Assembly: GCA_965242925.1 (NCBI GenBank)
Contig: CBDEUM010000039.1
Coordinates: forward strand, 130,714 to 194,713
DNA: 64,000 bases
From: Roseibacillus sp.
GTDB taxonomy: Bacteria > Verrucomicrobiota > Verrucomicrobiia > Verrucomicrobiales > Akkermansiaceae
Direction of reading: 5' to 3'
Position numbers and translations under genes: made by a program. This document shows positions 50,962-60,197 of this stretch, in pieces (position 1 is the first letter of the stretch; each line of letters begins with the position of its first letter). The notes beneath the pieces are model-generated. The model had not been told where the DNA came from. It saw only the letters and a list, made by a program, of their open reading frames with translations, and did no database searches.

Positions 50962-51969
50962 CTACCCCGCCAGGGCGCGCACATTCAAATCCTCCTCAAT
51001 TTCGGTTCCCGTGCACAAGTGCGAGGCCAGGCGCTCGGCAACCCCCGGGGCATAGAGGACTCCCTTCGAACCAAGCCCATTGAAGATGACGAGATCCTCA
51101 ATCTCCGGGTGACGTCCGATAACCGGGCGGCTCTGCCTCACGATTGGACGCACCCCCGCCACATGCTCCAGAACTTCGTAGGGCAGGCTCGTGAACGAGC
51201 CGATGAGTTCTTCGATCTGGGCCCGCCCATCCTCCGTAACGGCATCGGTAAGATCGTCCCACCGATAGGTGGAGCCCGCCCGGAAGAGTCCTCCTCCGAG
51301 GGGGATGAGCCAACCATTCCGACTTACGATCCGTTCTTCAGGAAATCCCAGGATACGAACCGTGAGAAGCTCCCCCTTGGCCCGGCGCTCAGGCAGGAAG
51401 CCAAAGGGCCCCGTCCCCAGCCCCGCCGCACCAGCACAGAGAACTGTCACCTCCGTGTCCGGCAATGGTTCCTGAAGATCAACTTCCCTCTCTTCAAGAA
51501 GTCCTGCTTCCCGGAAGTAACCCCGGGAGGCTTCGAGGAAACGCCGGGTATCGAGCCGGCCCCCACCCTTCCAGGTCACTCCCCCGTGGGGTGCGTGATA
51601 GGGAGAGCTTCCCTGCTCCAGCGCTTCCCCCGTCCACTGGTCTATCCTGCCACGCTTAGCCTCGAAACGGGACCGTTCGCCGGCATCTGCGAAGAGTCGT
51701 ACAATCGGAACCTCGTAGAAAAACTGCTCCCCCAGAACCATCTCCACCTTCTTGTAAAAGGCCCGTGCTTCACCCAGGAATTCTTCCAGGCGCCAGCTGG
51801 GGTTGAGGTTGCGTCCCGTCACGGGAGTCAACAAGCCCGCCGATATGAACGAGGTGCTCTGCCGGTCACCCCGATGCACGAGGCAAAAATCCCTGCCCCG
51901 GTCCCAGAATCGCCAGGCCAGGCAGGTTCCAGCCAGTCCCTGGCCAACGATGGTCACTTCCCTGCCCAT
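50962..51969 (-). CDS. FAD-dependent oxidoreductase, DAO/MnmC-oxidase-like
   Basis: IVGQGLAG, SAGLLTP, KGELL, GSTY, AGVRP, NGLGSKGVLYAP. Confidence 0.88.
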   Translation of the reverse strand: MGREVTIVGQGLAGTCLAWRFWDRGRDFCLVHRGDRQSTSFISAGLLTPVTGRNLNPSWRLEEFLGEARAFYKKVEMVLGEQFFYEVPIVRLFADAGERSRFEAKRGRIDQWTGEALEQGSSPYHAPHGGVTWKGGGRLDTRRFLEASRGYFREAGLLEEREVDLQEPLPDTEVTVLCAGAAGLGTGPFGFLPERRAKGELLTVRILGFPEERIVSRNGWLIPLGGGLFRAGSTYRWDDLTDAVTEDGRAQIEELIGSFTSLPYEVLEHVAGVRPIVRQSRPVIGRHPEIEDLVIFNGLGSKGVLYAPGVAERLASHLCTGTEIEEDLNVRALAG

Positions 51970-52034
51970 GAAATTTTCACATTCTCCTCCAGTCTGCGGC
52001 GGGTTTCCGCCTCCGCGATCGAGTGATTCCCTGT

Positions 52035-53804
52035 TCAGAGCGGCCAGATAATCGGGATAAGGAAACAGGCCAATACTCCTACTATGATGTTGAGGGGCAG
52101 GCCGAACGTCACGAAATCCCTGTAGTTATAGCCCCCCGGACCATAAACCAGCAAGTTGGTCTGGTAGCCCATGGGCGTGGCCATCGCAGTCGATGCCGCA
52201 AAAGCCACTGCCATGATGAAGGGCTCATGATTGCATCCCAGCTTGTCCGCCAACTCGATCCCCAACGGTGCACACAGCACAGCTGCCGGCTTGTTCAGGA
52301 TGAGAAGACTCAGTGCCCCTGCCATGAAATAGAACACCCAGAGAGCGGCATGCCTTCCCCACTCTCCCGTCACCAGATGCAGGTAGTTGGCCGCAATTTC
52401 GAGTGCCCCGGTCCTCTCCATGGCGTTACCGAGCGCAATCATCCCGGCAATGAGAATCAGGACCGGCCAGTCGATCGATCTGTAGGCATCCCGTGCAGTG
52501 AGCACCCTGGTCAGGACAAGAAAGGCCGCTCCCCCCAGCGCCAGCACGCTGATGGGCGCGAGGCTGGTCGCCGCGAGAATGACCACCAGCAGGATCGTCG
52601 CCAGAGCCAGGGGCGCCTTGTGACGCTCGATGACCTCCTCGTGCACACCCTCCAGCAGGATGAACTCGTCCTTGCTGCGCAGGTTCTCCAGCGCCTGGGT
52701 AGTGCCTCGCACGAGGAGAACGTCCCCCATCCGCAACTCCAAGTCGGCAATATCACGCTGGTGATGCCGCCCACGACGTTGCAGGGCAAAGACCGAGACA
52801 TCGAAGCGCTGCCGCAGACCGAGATCACGACAACTTTGCCCGATGAGCGGCGACTCAGGGGCGACCATCAGCTCAAAGAGAGTCATCTCCACCCGCTTCA
52901 CCTCGGCAACCTCCTCCTGCATGTCCGGGGTGATGCTGATCGAATGCTGGCGATCAAGTTCAAGAATCTTGTTAAGGTCCCCCCGGATAAGAAGAATGTC
53001 CTCTACCCTTAACGGCACTTCCTTCTCCAGACGCTGGACCCGGTCACCACGGATCAGTTCCGCCACCTTGATACCGGCCGCTGCCAGAGGAGTATCCGCC
53101 AGCTTCTTTCCGATCAGGTCAGAGTCCACCCCGATGCGCACCTGGGTAATGTACTCCTTGGCGTCTTCCGCGGAGAGCGTGGAAGCAATGGTGGTGTGAT
53201 TGGGCAGAAACCGCCAGGAGAACAGAAGAAGGTAGCACATCCCGACCACCACAATGGCCATACCCACCCCGGCAAACTCGAACATCCCGACCTCAAAGCC
53301 CACCTCTGCGGCGTAGGAGGCAATCAGGATGTTCGACGAGGTTCCGATCAGGGTGCAGCTCCCGCCGAGCATGGAGGCAAACGAAATCGGCATGAGAAAC
53401 TTGGAGGGGCTGGCTCCCAGCCGGGCACACACCGTGAGGACTGCCGGGATAAAGACCACCACCACCGGGGTGTTGTTGATAAAGGCGGACATGAAACACA
53501 CCGTGCAAAGTGCGAAGACCATGAACCGGAGGGGACTACCCCGGGAAAAATCAGCCAATTTACCTCCCAGGGCGGCCACCAGCCCACTCCGTATGAGAGC
53601 GGCGCTGAGCACGAACATGGCTGCAATCGTGACGAGGGCCTCGTTGCTGAACCCGAGAAGCAACTCCTTGGGCTCAAGAATCCCGACTAGACCAAGAATC
53701 ACAATGATGAGCAGGCCCACGATATCCGTCCGCACCCTGTCGGTCACGAAGAGCACCACCGTGAGCACCAGCATCACGCAAACCACTATGATCTCCCAAG
53801 TCAT
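52035..53804 (-). CDS. SLC13/DASS family permease with two TrkA-C domains
   Basis: GFSNEA, SAFINNT, GGSCTLIGTSSN, central TrkA-C repeats, TPMGYQTNLLVYGPGGY. Confidence 0.92.
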   Translation of the reverse strand: MTWEIIVVCVMLVLTVVLFVTDRVRTDIVGLLIIVILGLVGILEPKELLLGFSNEALVTIAAMFVLSAALIRSGLVAALGGKLADFSRGSPLRFMVFALCTVCFMSAFINNTPVVVVFIPAVLTVCARLGASPSKFLMPISFASMLGGSCTLIGTSSNILIASYAAEVGFEVGMFEFAGVGMAIVVVGMCYLLLFSWRFLPNHTTIASTLSAEDAKEYITQVRIGVDSDLIGKKLADTPLAAAGIKVAELIRGDRVQRLEKEVPLRVEDILLIRGDLNKILELDRQHSISITPDMQEEVAEVKRVEMTLFELMVAPESPLIGQSCRDLGLRQRFDVSVFALQRRGRHHQRDIADLELRMGDVLLVRGTTQALENLRSKDEFILLEGVHEEVIERHKAPLALATILLVVILAATSLAPISVLALGGAAFLVLTRVLTARDAYRSIDWPVLILIAGMIALGNAMERTGALEIAANYLHLVTGEWGRHAALWVFYFMAGALSLLILNKPAAVLCAPLGIELADKLGCNHEPFIMAVAFAASTAMATPMGYQTNLLVYGPGGYNYRDFVTFGLPLNIIVGVLACFLIPIIWPL

Positions 53805-53892
53805 CCCTGCGGGAAGAGCAATGCACGGCCCACCGGAGGCGGTCAAATCCGAACCGTAATCCCTGGAAGGTCGCCCTCCCGGCCAACACGCC

Positions 53893-54690
53893 CTAGACCT
53901 TGAAATTCGGGCTCTGACTCAGGAACGTCCTCGGGTTTTCGTATATCACTTTCTCGACCAGTTCCCCCGTATGCTCGCGCTTCTTCATCTCGAGGGCGCA
54001 CTTTACCACCGCGAGGGGATCGGAGATGCCCCAGTCACAGGCCGAGTTCATCCAGATTCGCTCGGTCCCGAAGGTTTCCAGAATATCGACGGCCCGTGCC
54101 GGCGTACACTTCGACTCGGGGTAAAGCGTCATCCCCGCCCAGAATCCCGCATCGAGCGCAATTGCCGCGGTGTGTTCCTCCACGTGGTCAATGATGACGC
54201 GATCGGGATTGACCCCCGCGTTCTTCATGGCGTCCACAATGAGGCGGGTTCCCTTGAGCTTGTCCTCAAGGTGCGGAGTGTGCACCAGGATGGGCAGGTC
54301 ACGCTCCTGGGCCAGGGCGATGTGCTCCTCAAGGATGGTGTGTTCATTTCTGGTATTCTTGTTCAGCCCGATCTCCCCAATCCCCAGCACGGTTGGCTGG
54401 TCGAGAAACTCGGGAATGATGGAAAGCACCTCCCGTCCAAAGACCACGTCATCAGCCTCCTTCGGGTTGATACAGAGCCAGGTGAAGTGGGGGATACCGA
54501 ACTTTGCCGCCCGGGCCGGTTCATACTGGGTCAGTTGTCGAAAATAATCACGGAACCCCTCGACCGACCCCCGGTCGTAACCAGCCCAGAAGGCTGGCTC
54601 ACAGAGAGCCTGGCAACCCGCCTGAGCGATAGCCTGGTAATCGTCGGTGGTCCGACTGACCATGTGTGCGTGTGGTTCGATGTAGCGCAT
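53893..54690 (-). CDS. eboB: TatD-family hydrolase, EboB-like
   Basis: EPHAHMVSRTTDDY, EPAFW, INPKE, GEIGL, VHTPH..DK, IDH, NSACDWGISDPL; near eboE and eboC. Confidence 0.8.
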   Translation of the reverse strand: MRYIEPHAHMVSRTTDDYQAIAQAGCQALCEPAFWAGYDRGSVEGFRDYFRQLTQYEPARAAKFGIPHFTWLCINPKEADDVVFGREVLSIIPEFLDQPTVLGIGEIGLNKNTRNEHTILEEHIALAQERDLPILVHTPHLEDKLKGTRLIVDAMKNAGVNPDRVIIDHVEEHTAAIALDAGFWAGMTLYPESKCTPARAVDILETFGTERIWMNSACDWGISDPLAVVKCALEMKKREHTGELVEKVIYENPRTFLSQSPNFKV

Positions 54691-54732
54691 GAGTCAACGT
54701 GGTGAGGGATGCACGGGGGTATCGCATGAGGC

Positions 54733-54999
54733 TTATTCCTGCGGCGCTCCGTAGGCGAACTGGATTTCGGATTTTTCGACCGGTTCGGTCGAGTGATCCG
54801 AGAGCGATTCCAGCACAGCACTGGCCCTCGGCTGGCCGCCGGGGTTTAACATGGCCTCCATCGCCTTGAGGAATCCCGCATGCCGGAAGTCGCTTTCTCC
54901 ATCGTGGCGATCGAGGCGATCGAGAAAGGCGGCGATGTCGATCAGCTTGTATCGGGCATCCATGAAATAGAGGTCGAGGATGTCAGTCTTGTTGGGCAT
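54733..54999 (-). CDS. Small helical hypothetical protein (88 aa) upstream of eboB
   Basis: MPNKTDILDLYFMDARYKLIDIAAFLDRLDR..; TACATT lies 6 nt upstream of the ATG. Confidence 0.75.
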   Translation of the reverse strand: MPNKTDILDLYFMDARYKLIDIAAFLDRLDRHDGESDFRHAGFLKAMEAMLNPGGQPRASAVLESLSDHSTEPVEKSEIQFAYGAPQE

Positions 55000-55095
55000 G
55001 GACCCAATGTAGGCCCCGCTCCGGAATTCTGAAGGAGGAATTTGACGGAAAATCTGCTGGCCCATTCCTGGCCAGCGGGGAATACAGGGCTGAAC

Positions 55096-55419
55096 ATGAG
55101 CGAACGTGACATGGGAGCGCAGCCATTCGACCGGCTGATGGAAGCGTGGGGACTGACTAATACCGACCTGGTGAAGACCTCGCCGGAACAGCTCACCCAC
55201 AAACAGGTTCGGCGCGCACGCTCCGGCCGCCAGCTGACCCTGAAAATGATGATGAAGATCAATCGCACCTTCAATGTCGCGATCTGGTTCCGGCTCGATG
55301 ATGGCCAGAAGGAACGCTTCATGGAATATGGACACAAGGATCTATTTACTTACGCCAAGGGGCATGATCCCGGGACCCAGGATCCCAATATCAGGCTTGC
55401 GGAGGAACTCCGGGGCTGA
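55096..55419 (+). CDS. Small hypothetical protein, possibly HTH-like
   Basis: FDRLMEAWGLTNTDLVKTSPEQLTHKQVRRARSGRQLT resembles an XRE/Cro-type helix pattern. Confidence 0.7.
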   Translation: MSERDMGAQPFDRLMEAWGLTNTDLVKTSPEQLTHKQVRRARSGRQLTLKMMMKINRTFNVAIWFRLDDGQKERFMEYGHKDLFTYAKGHDPGTQDPNIRLAEELRG

Positions 55420-55525
55420 ACATCCGGTTGGGGATCCCACCCGATTTATCTCAGGTGCCCCCGGGATCTCCGATTCTCGATTTTTTTTCGCGTCCACCAC
55501 ACGTCATTCGTGCTTAATCCACTCC

Positions 55526-56674
55526 GTGCATCTCGATAATCAGCATCACCTTGCCTACTGCACCAATATCCATCCCGCCGAGTCCTGGGAGGAGACCCTC
55601 GGCGCCCTGCAGGAACACACCCTCAGGGTGCGGGACCAGGTCATCCAGGACCGTGGACCCTATGCCATTGGATTGCGCCTCTCCGCCCTTGCCGCCAGGG
55701 AGTTACTGGAAGGCGATCACCTTGATTGCTTCAAGGAATGGCTAGCCTGCGAGAACTGCTACGTCTTCACGATAAACGGGTTCCCCTACGGGGCTTTTCA
55801 CGGAACACGGGTGAAGGAAAATGTCTACCGCCCGGACTGGTCCTCACCCGAACGGCTTCTTTATACGAAACAGCTCTTTGATATCGTAGCCCGGTTGACC
55901 CCTGAGGGACTGGAGGGCTCTGTCTCCACCCTGCCCGGTTCCTTCAAGGCCTTCCATGCCGACGAAGCCGCCATCTTTGCCAATCTCGAGGCCTGCGCAC
56001 ATCACATTGAATTACTCTCCGACCAAACGGGCCATGACCTCCATCTCGGGCTCGAACCTGAACCCCTTGGACACTTTGAAAACACAGCTGATACCCTTGC
56101 TTTCTTCGAGCGGATGCTGGACCAGGCTGATGACTCGGAACTACTTCTCCGTCGTCTGGGTATCAACTACGACACCTGTCATTTCGCGGTCGAGTTCGAA
56201 GATTGCCGCGAATCCCTCGACGCTTTCAGGGATGCCGGGCTCCGAATCTCCAAGGTTCACCTTTCCAATGCCCTCGCATTCGACCTCGACAACCCCGAGG
56301 CCCTCGAAGCGATCGCACAATTTGATGAGCCCACCTACCTCCATCAGCTCATCACCCGTGACGAGCAACGCCACCGCTTCTTCACGGACCTGCCCGAGGC
56401 TCTCACCCAGCTGCAGGGCTCCTCTGATGGGGACGGGAAGGACAAGGAGGCTCGCGTTCACTTCCATATTCCGCTCTATGACGAACCTGCCCCTCCGCTC
56501 CGATCCACCAAGTCTCATGTGATCGACCTTCTTGCCTACCGGAGGGCTCACCCTGATTTCTGCTCTCACTTTGAAATAGAAACCTACACCTGGGGTGTTC
56601 TCCCCCCTGATCTGCAGAAACCGATCGTCGACCAGATCGCAGAGGAATACCGTTGGGTCTGCTCCCAGCTCTGA
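55526..56674 (+). CDS. eboE: Metabolite traffic protein EboE (xylose-isomerase-like TIM barrel)
   Basis: LAYCTNIHPAESW, TINGFPYGAFH..VKENVYRPDW, LGLEPEP, YDTCHFAVEFE, RVHFHIPL, EIETYTW. Confidence 0.92.
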   Translation: MHLDNQHHLAYCTNIHPAESWEETLGALQEHTLRVRDQVIQDRGPYAIGLRLSALAARELLEGDHLDCFKEWLACENCYVFTINGFPYGAFHGTRVKENVYRPDWSSPERLLYTKQLFDIVARLTPEGLEGSVSTLPGSFKAFHADEAAIFANLEACAHHIELLSDQTGHDLHLGLEPEPLGHFENTADTLAFFERMLDQADDSELLLRRLGINYDTCHFAVEFEDCRESLDAFRDAGLRISKVHLSNALAFDLDNPEALEAIAQFDEPTYLHQLITRDEQRHRFFTDLPEALTQLQGSSDGDGKDKEARVHFHIPLYDEPAPPLRSTKSHVIDLLAYRRAHPDFCSHFEIETYTWGVLPPDLQKPIVDQIAEEYRWVCSQL

Positions 56675-56689
56675 TACCCATCGCTGAAC

Positions 56690-57718
56690 ATGAGAGGCCA
56701 GCGCTTCCTTGATCTCCTTGCCATCGGAAGGGTCTCCAACCTGCCCACCGTCTGGTCCAACCTCCTCACGGGATTTCTCCTCGCATGGATCATCAGTGGT
56801 CAGGACAAGATCTTTGCAGAGGCATTCCATCTTCTCCCCCTGCTTCTGGCGGGAACGACAAGTGCCTACCTCTTCGGAACCTTTCTCAATGACTGGAAAG
56901 ATGCCGCCTTTGACCGGGAGCACCGATCCGAACGAGCTATCCCAAGTGGACGCTGGTCACGTAGCGCGATTGGATGGATTTCCGCCGGTTTCGGCCTTGT
57001 CTCCCTTCTGTGCCTGCTGGCTGCCGGATCCCGCCAACCACTTGTCCCCTTGCTGGGTAGTGCCCTGCTGGCGGCCATCATCATCTATACCGTGTTCCAC
57101 AAGCAGACTCCCCTGGCCATTGTCCCCATGGGAATCTGTCGCAGCCTCCTCTACCTCCTCGGCTATTTCTCGGTGGTCTCTCTCCCCGGAGCCTCATCCA
57201 GCCTCACCCCGTCTGCAGCGACACCCCCACCACTCAGCCTCCTCCAGGACAACGTGCTTGTCATCCTCGCCCTCATGGCCCTCGGCATCTTCACCTACGT
57301 TGCCGGTCTGACACTCGCCGCGCGCTACGAGAGTCGATCCACGAAACTTCCCTTTCCGAGGGCCCTGCTGTGGTCCCTCATCTTTTTCTGCGCCCTGACT
57401 CACACCTGGTGGTGGCTCTGGCAACGTCCCCCTTTCCTCGAAGGATGGCACCTCGCCATCCCCACTCTCCTGTGCCTGTTCCCCTTCTGTATCTGGACAA
57501 TTCGCAGTCTCATCGTGCTCAGGAAATCCATTCCTGATTTTGTCTCGCGCGCTCTCGCCGGCCTCTGTCTTGTAGACCTGCTCGCCTTCGCGGGAATTGC
57601 TGCCACTATTCGAACAGGGTGTCATGCCCTAGACAGCGCCCCACTCTACCTCTCCCTCATTCCCCTTTCCTGTTTCCTCTTTTCCCTTCTGCTCCAACGG
57701 ATTGCACCTGCGACCTGA
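56690..57718 (+). CDS. eboC: UbiA-family prenyltransferase, EboC-like
   Basis: RVSNLPTVWSNLL, LNDWKDAAFDREHRSERAIPSG, MGICR; multiple TM segments; directly after eboE. Confidence 0.85.
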   Translation: MRGQRFLDLLAIGRVSNLPTVWSNLLTGFLLAWIISGQDKIFAEAFHLLPLLLAGTTSAYLFGTFLNDWKDAAFDREHRSERAIPSGRWSRSAIGWISAGFGLVSLLCLLAAGSRQPLVPLLGSALLAAIIIYTVFHKQTPLAIVPMGICRSLLYLLGYFSVVSLPGASSSLTPSAATPPPLSLLQDNVLVILALMALGIFTYVAGLTLAARYESRSTKLPFPRALLWSLIFFCALTHTWWWLWQRPPFLEGWHLAIPTLLCLFPFCIWTIRSLIVLRKSIPDFVSRALAGLCLVDLLAFAGIAATIRTGCHALDSAPLYLSLIPLSCFLFSLLLQRIAPAT

Positions 57719-57750
57719 GTCAGTAGTGGACAGATCGGAAACACAACCCC

Positions 57751-60084
57751 ATGGTTGCCCGGCAGTTGACGAAAGAAGAAGGCAGAGCCCGGAATCAGTC
57801 CCAGCGCTTTCCCTTTTCGGAACGTTACGGGCGTCTTTTGCTCGGGCATCGCCGCTACTTTGCCGTCCTCATTGGCCTTCTCAGTATCGTAGCGTCCATT
57901 GGTCTGGGACAACTACGCTTCGATGCCGAACCGCGGAATATCTTCAAGCAAAGCGATGAGAACTTCGCCCTCCTCGAGGAATACTTCGAGCAGTTCGGCG
58001 CCGATGACAACAACATCGTCCTCGTCCTTGACGGGGATCTCTTCACTTCCGCCTTCTCAAGGGCCCTGCGTGGTTTTGTCAGGGAAGCCGGGGAGTCTCC
58101 GAACGTGGTATCCGTTCTCAGCCTCCTGAATGTTCCCGGACCCCGGGGCATGCCGCTCCTGCCCGACCCCGGGAATGACCCCCTGGTCTTTGAATCCGCG
58201 AGGTCTGCTGCCCTTGAGCACCCGTTCGCCACCGGACACCTCATATCTTCGACCGGACAGACGATCCTCGTTACCCTCGAACTCGTTGAGGATGGCCCCC
58301 AGACCATCAGCAAGATCCGGCCCATCTACGAAGAACTTCAGGCGCTGAAGACCAAGTGGTTCGAGGGCCTTCCCTTCGAGGCCAGCTTCGCCGGCAGTGT
58401 TGCAGTCCGGGTCGAGACCCTTTCCGGGTTGCGCAATGAATTCTTCCAGATCTCCGCCCTGGGCGCACTTATTGCAATGTTTGTCGCCCTTCTGCTTTTC
58501 CGGAGTCCAACGGCTACTCTCATTGTTTCAGCGGGACCAGCTCTTGCCGTGGCATGGACCCTCGGGCTCATGGGATGGCTCGACCTGAATATCGAGGGCA
58601 TCAGCACCCCCCTGCCCGCCATTGTCTTCGTAGTGACCTTTGCAAATGCGGTCCACCTCATGATCGACATGCGCCGATCCCGTCGCCAAGGAAGCACCCC
58701 CTTCGAAGCATCACGCTCCGCAGTCAGCCACCTGGGCATGGCCTGCATGCTTACATCCCTCACCACCACCATCGGGTTCGCCTCTCTCATAATGGCGGAG
58801 ACTGGAAGCGTGCAGCGCTTTGGACTCGCTACCGCAGCCGGCTCCATCCTTGGACTGCTCTCCAACCTCACCGTTGTCCCTCTCCTTGCATCCCTGGTCA
58901 AACTCCCTCCCAGGGCGCCCCTCGGCGAAGACCGCCGCGGACATAACCCCGGAGGGTTTCTCGTTACGATTGCGCGCTTCATTACCACGCTTTCCCTTCC
59001 CCTGAGTATCGCCGCCGTGGGAATCACCGGCATTCTACTCTGGACCGCCACCCAGTTGAAATCTGATATCGTCTGGACTGAAAGTCTCCCCTCGGACTCC
59101 GAGATTACACGCGCCATGAACCGGACCGACGACGAGTTTGGAGGGATCATGCAGGTCCCCATCATCATGTCATGGGACTCATCGGTCACCCTCGGTGACT
59201 CTCGAATGCTGGAACTCATGGGCGAACTTGAGACGCTCATCGGGTCGAATCCCACCTTCGGACCGTCCCTCTCGCTTCTCAACTTTCTCCCGGAGTCCAT
59301 TTCCTCTCTTCCGCCACCCGTCCTGCAGCAGATGGCCACACAAATCCCGACCGAGGTCTCGCGACGTCTCCTGCGCACCGACCTGCGGCGGACGGTAGTC
59401 AGTGTGCGCCTGCCCAATACGGGAGCAGCGGCCACCCGCCCCGCCCTCAGGCAACTCCAGAAGGACCTGCTCAGCCTTGAGGCTCGCTATCCCGGCTTTT
59501 CCCTTCATGTCACGGGATCCGCTGTCATTGCGGCTGACAACATGTCCAATGTCATCAGGGACCTGGTCCGCAGCCTTTCCTTTGCCTCAGTCACCGTCTT
59601 CCTGGTGCTCACCATTGCCCTGCGCTCTCTCACCCTCGGACTCCTGAGTATTATTCCAAACGCTTTTCCTCTCCTTCTTAATGCTGGTCTCCTCTATCAC
59701 CTCGACAAACCCCTTCAGATCAGCAGCGTCCTCACCTTCAGCATCTGTCTCGGGATTGCGGTCGATGACACCATCCACTTCCTCATCCGCTTCCTGAGGG
59801 AACGCAGGCAGGGAGCAGACGTCCGCCTCGCTATCTTTCGCTCCTTTGAAAGCGTGGGCCTGGCCCTCCTCGTCACCACGGCCATCGTGTCGAGCGCCTT
59901 CCTTGCCGCCATGACCAGCTCCATGCCCGGAATCAGCTTTTTCGGGGGACTAGCCTGCGCGGCCATGGTCGCCGCCCTCGTGGGAGACCTCGTCTTTCTG
60001 CCGGCCCTGCTCGACCGGTTCATGGGAAAAGCTGACCGGGTCGCGCGCAGGCGTGAACGCCGGAGAAAAAACCTGAAGCTCTAG
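57751..60084 (+). CDS. MMPL/RND family lipid exporter
   Basis: Two-repeat topology; TSLTTTIGFASL, SIIPNAFP, GIAVDDTIHF, LVGDLVFLPALL. Confidence 0.9.
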   Translation: MVARQLTKEEGRARNQSQRFPFSERYGRLLLGHRRYFAVLIGLLSIVASIGLGQLRFDAEPRNIFKQSDENFALLEEYFEQFGADDNNIVLVLDGDLFTSAFSRALRGFVREAGESPNVVSVLSLLNVPGPRGMPLLPDPGNDPLVFESARSAALEHPFATGHLISSTGQTILVTLELVEDGPQTISKIRPIYEELQALKTKWFEGLPFEASFAGSVAVRVETLSGLRNEFFQISALGALIAMFVALLLFRSPTATLIVSAGPALAVAWTLGLMGWLDLNIEGISTPLPAIVFVVTFANAVHLMIDMRRSRRQGSTPFEASRSAVSHLGMACMLTSLTTTIGFASLIMAETGSVQRFGLATAAGSILGLLSNLTVVPLLASLVKLPPRAPLGEDRRGHNPGGFLVTIARFITTLSLPLSIAAVGITGILLWTATQLKSDIVWTESLPSDSEITRAMNRTDDEFGGIMQVPIIMSWDSSVTLGDSRMLELMGELETLIGSNPTFGPSLSLLNFLPESISSLPPPVLQQMATQIPTEVSRRLLRTDLRRTVVSVRLPNTGAAATRPALRQLQKDLLSLEARYPGFSLHVTGSAVIAADNMSNVIRDLVRSLSFASVTVFLVLTIALRSLTLGLLSIIPNAFPLLLNAGLLYHLDKPLQISSVLTFSICLGIAVDDTIHFLIRFLRERRQGADVRLAIFRSFESVGLALLVTTAIVSSAFLAAMTSSMPGISFFGGLACAAMVAALVGDLVFLPALLDRFMGKADRVARRRERRRKNLKL

Positions 60085-60197
60085 GATCTCCGGAGGATCC
60101 GGCCTCCTCGCCGCTCCTTCGGGTTCATCGGAGAGACCCCCGTTGGTCCCCTCATCCTGCAGCTGACAACCACTCCCACCCTTCCTAGGATATCGCC

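Noticed and set aside
215..52026. Long antisense ORFs (e.g. 215-1510, 15821-17443, 19611-21227, 41514-43058, 46086-47354, 50920-52026)
   Set aside because: They lie opposite well-supported genes, have no motifs, and are expected shadows of high-GC3 codon usage.
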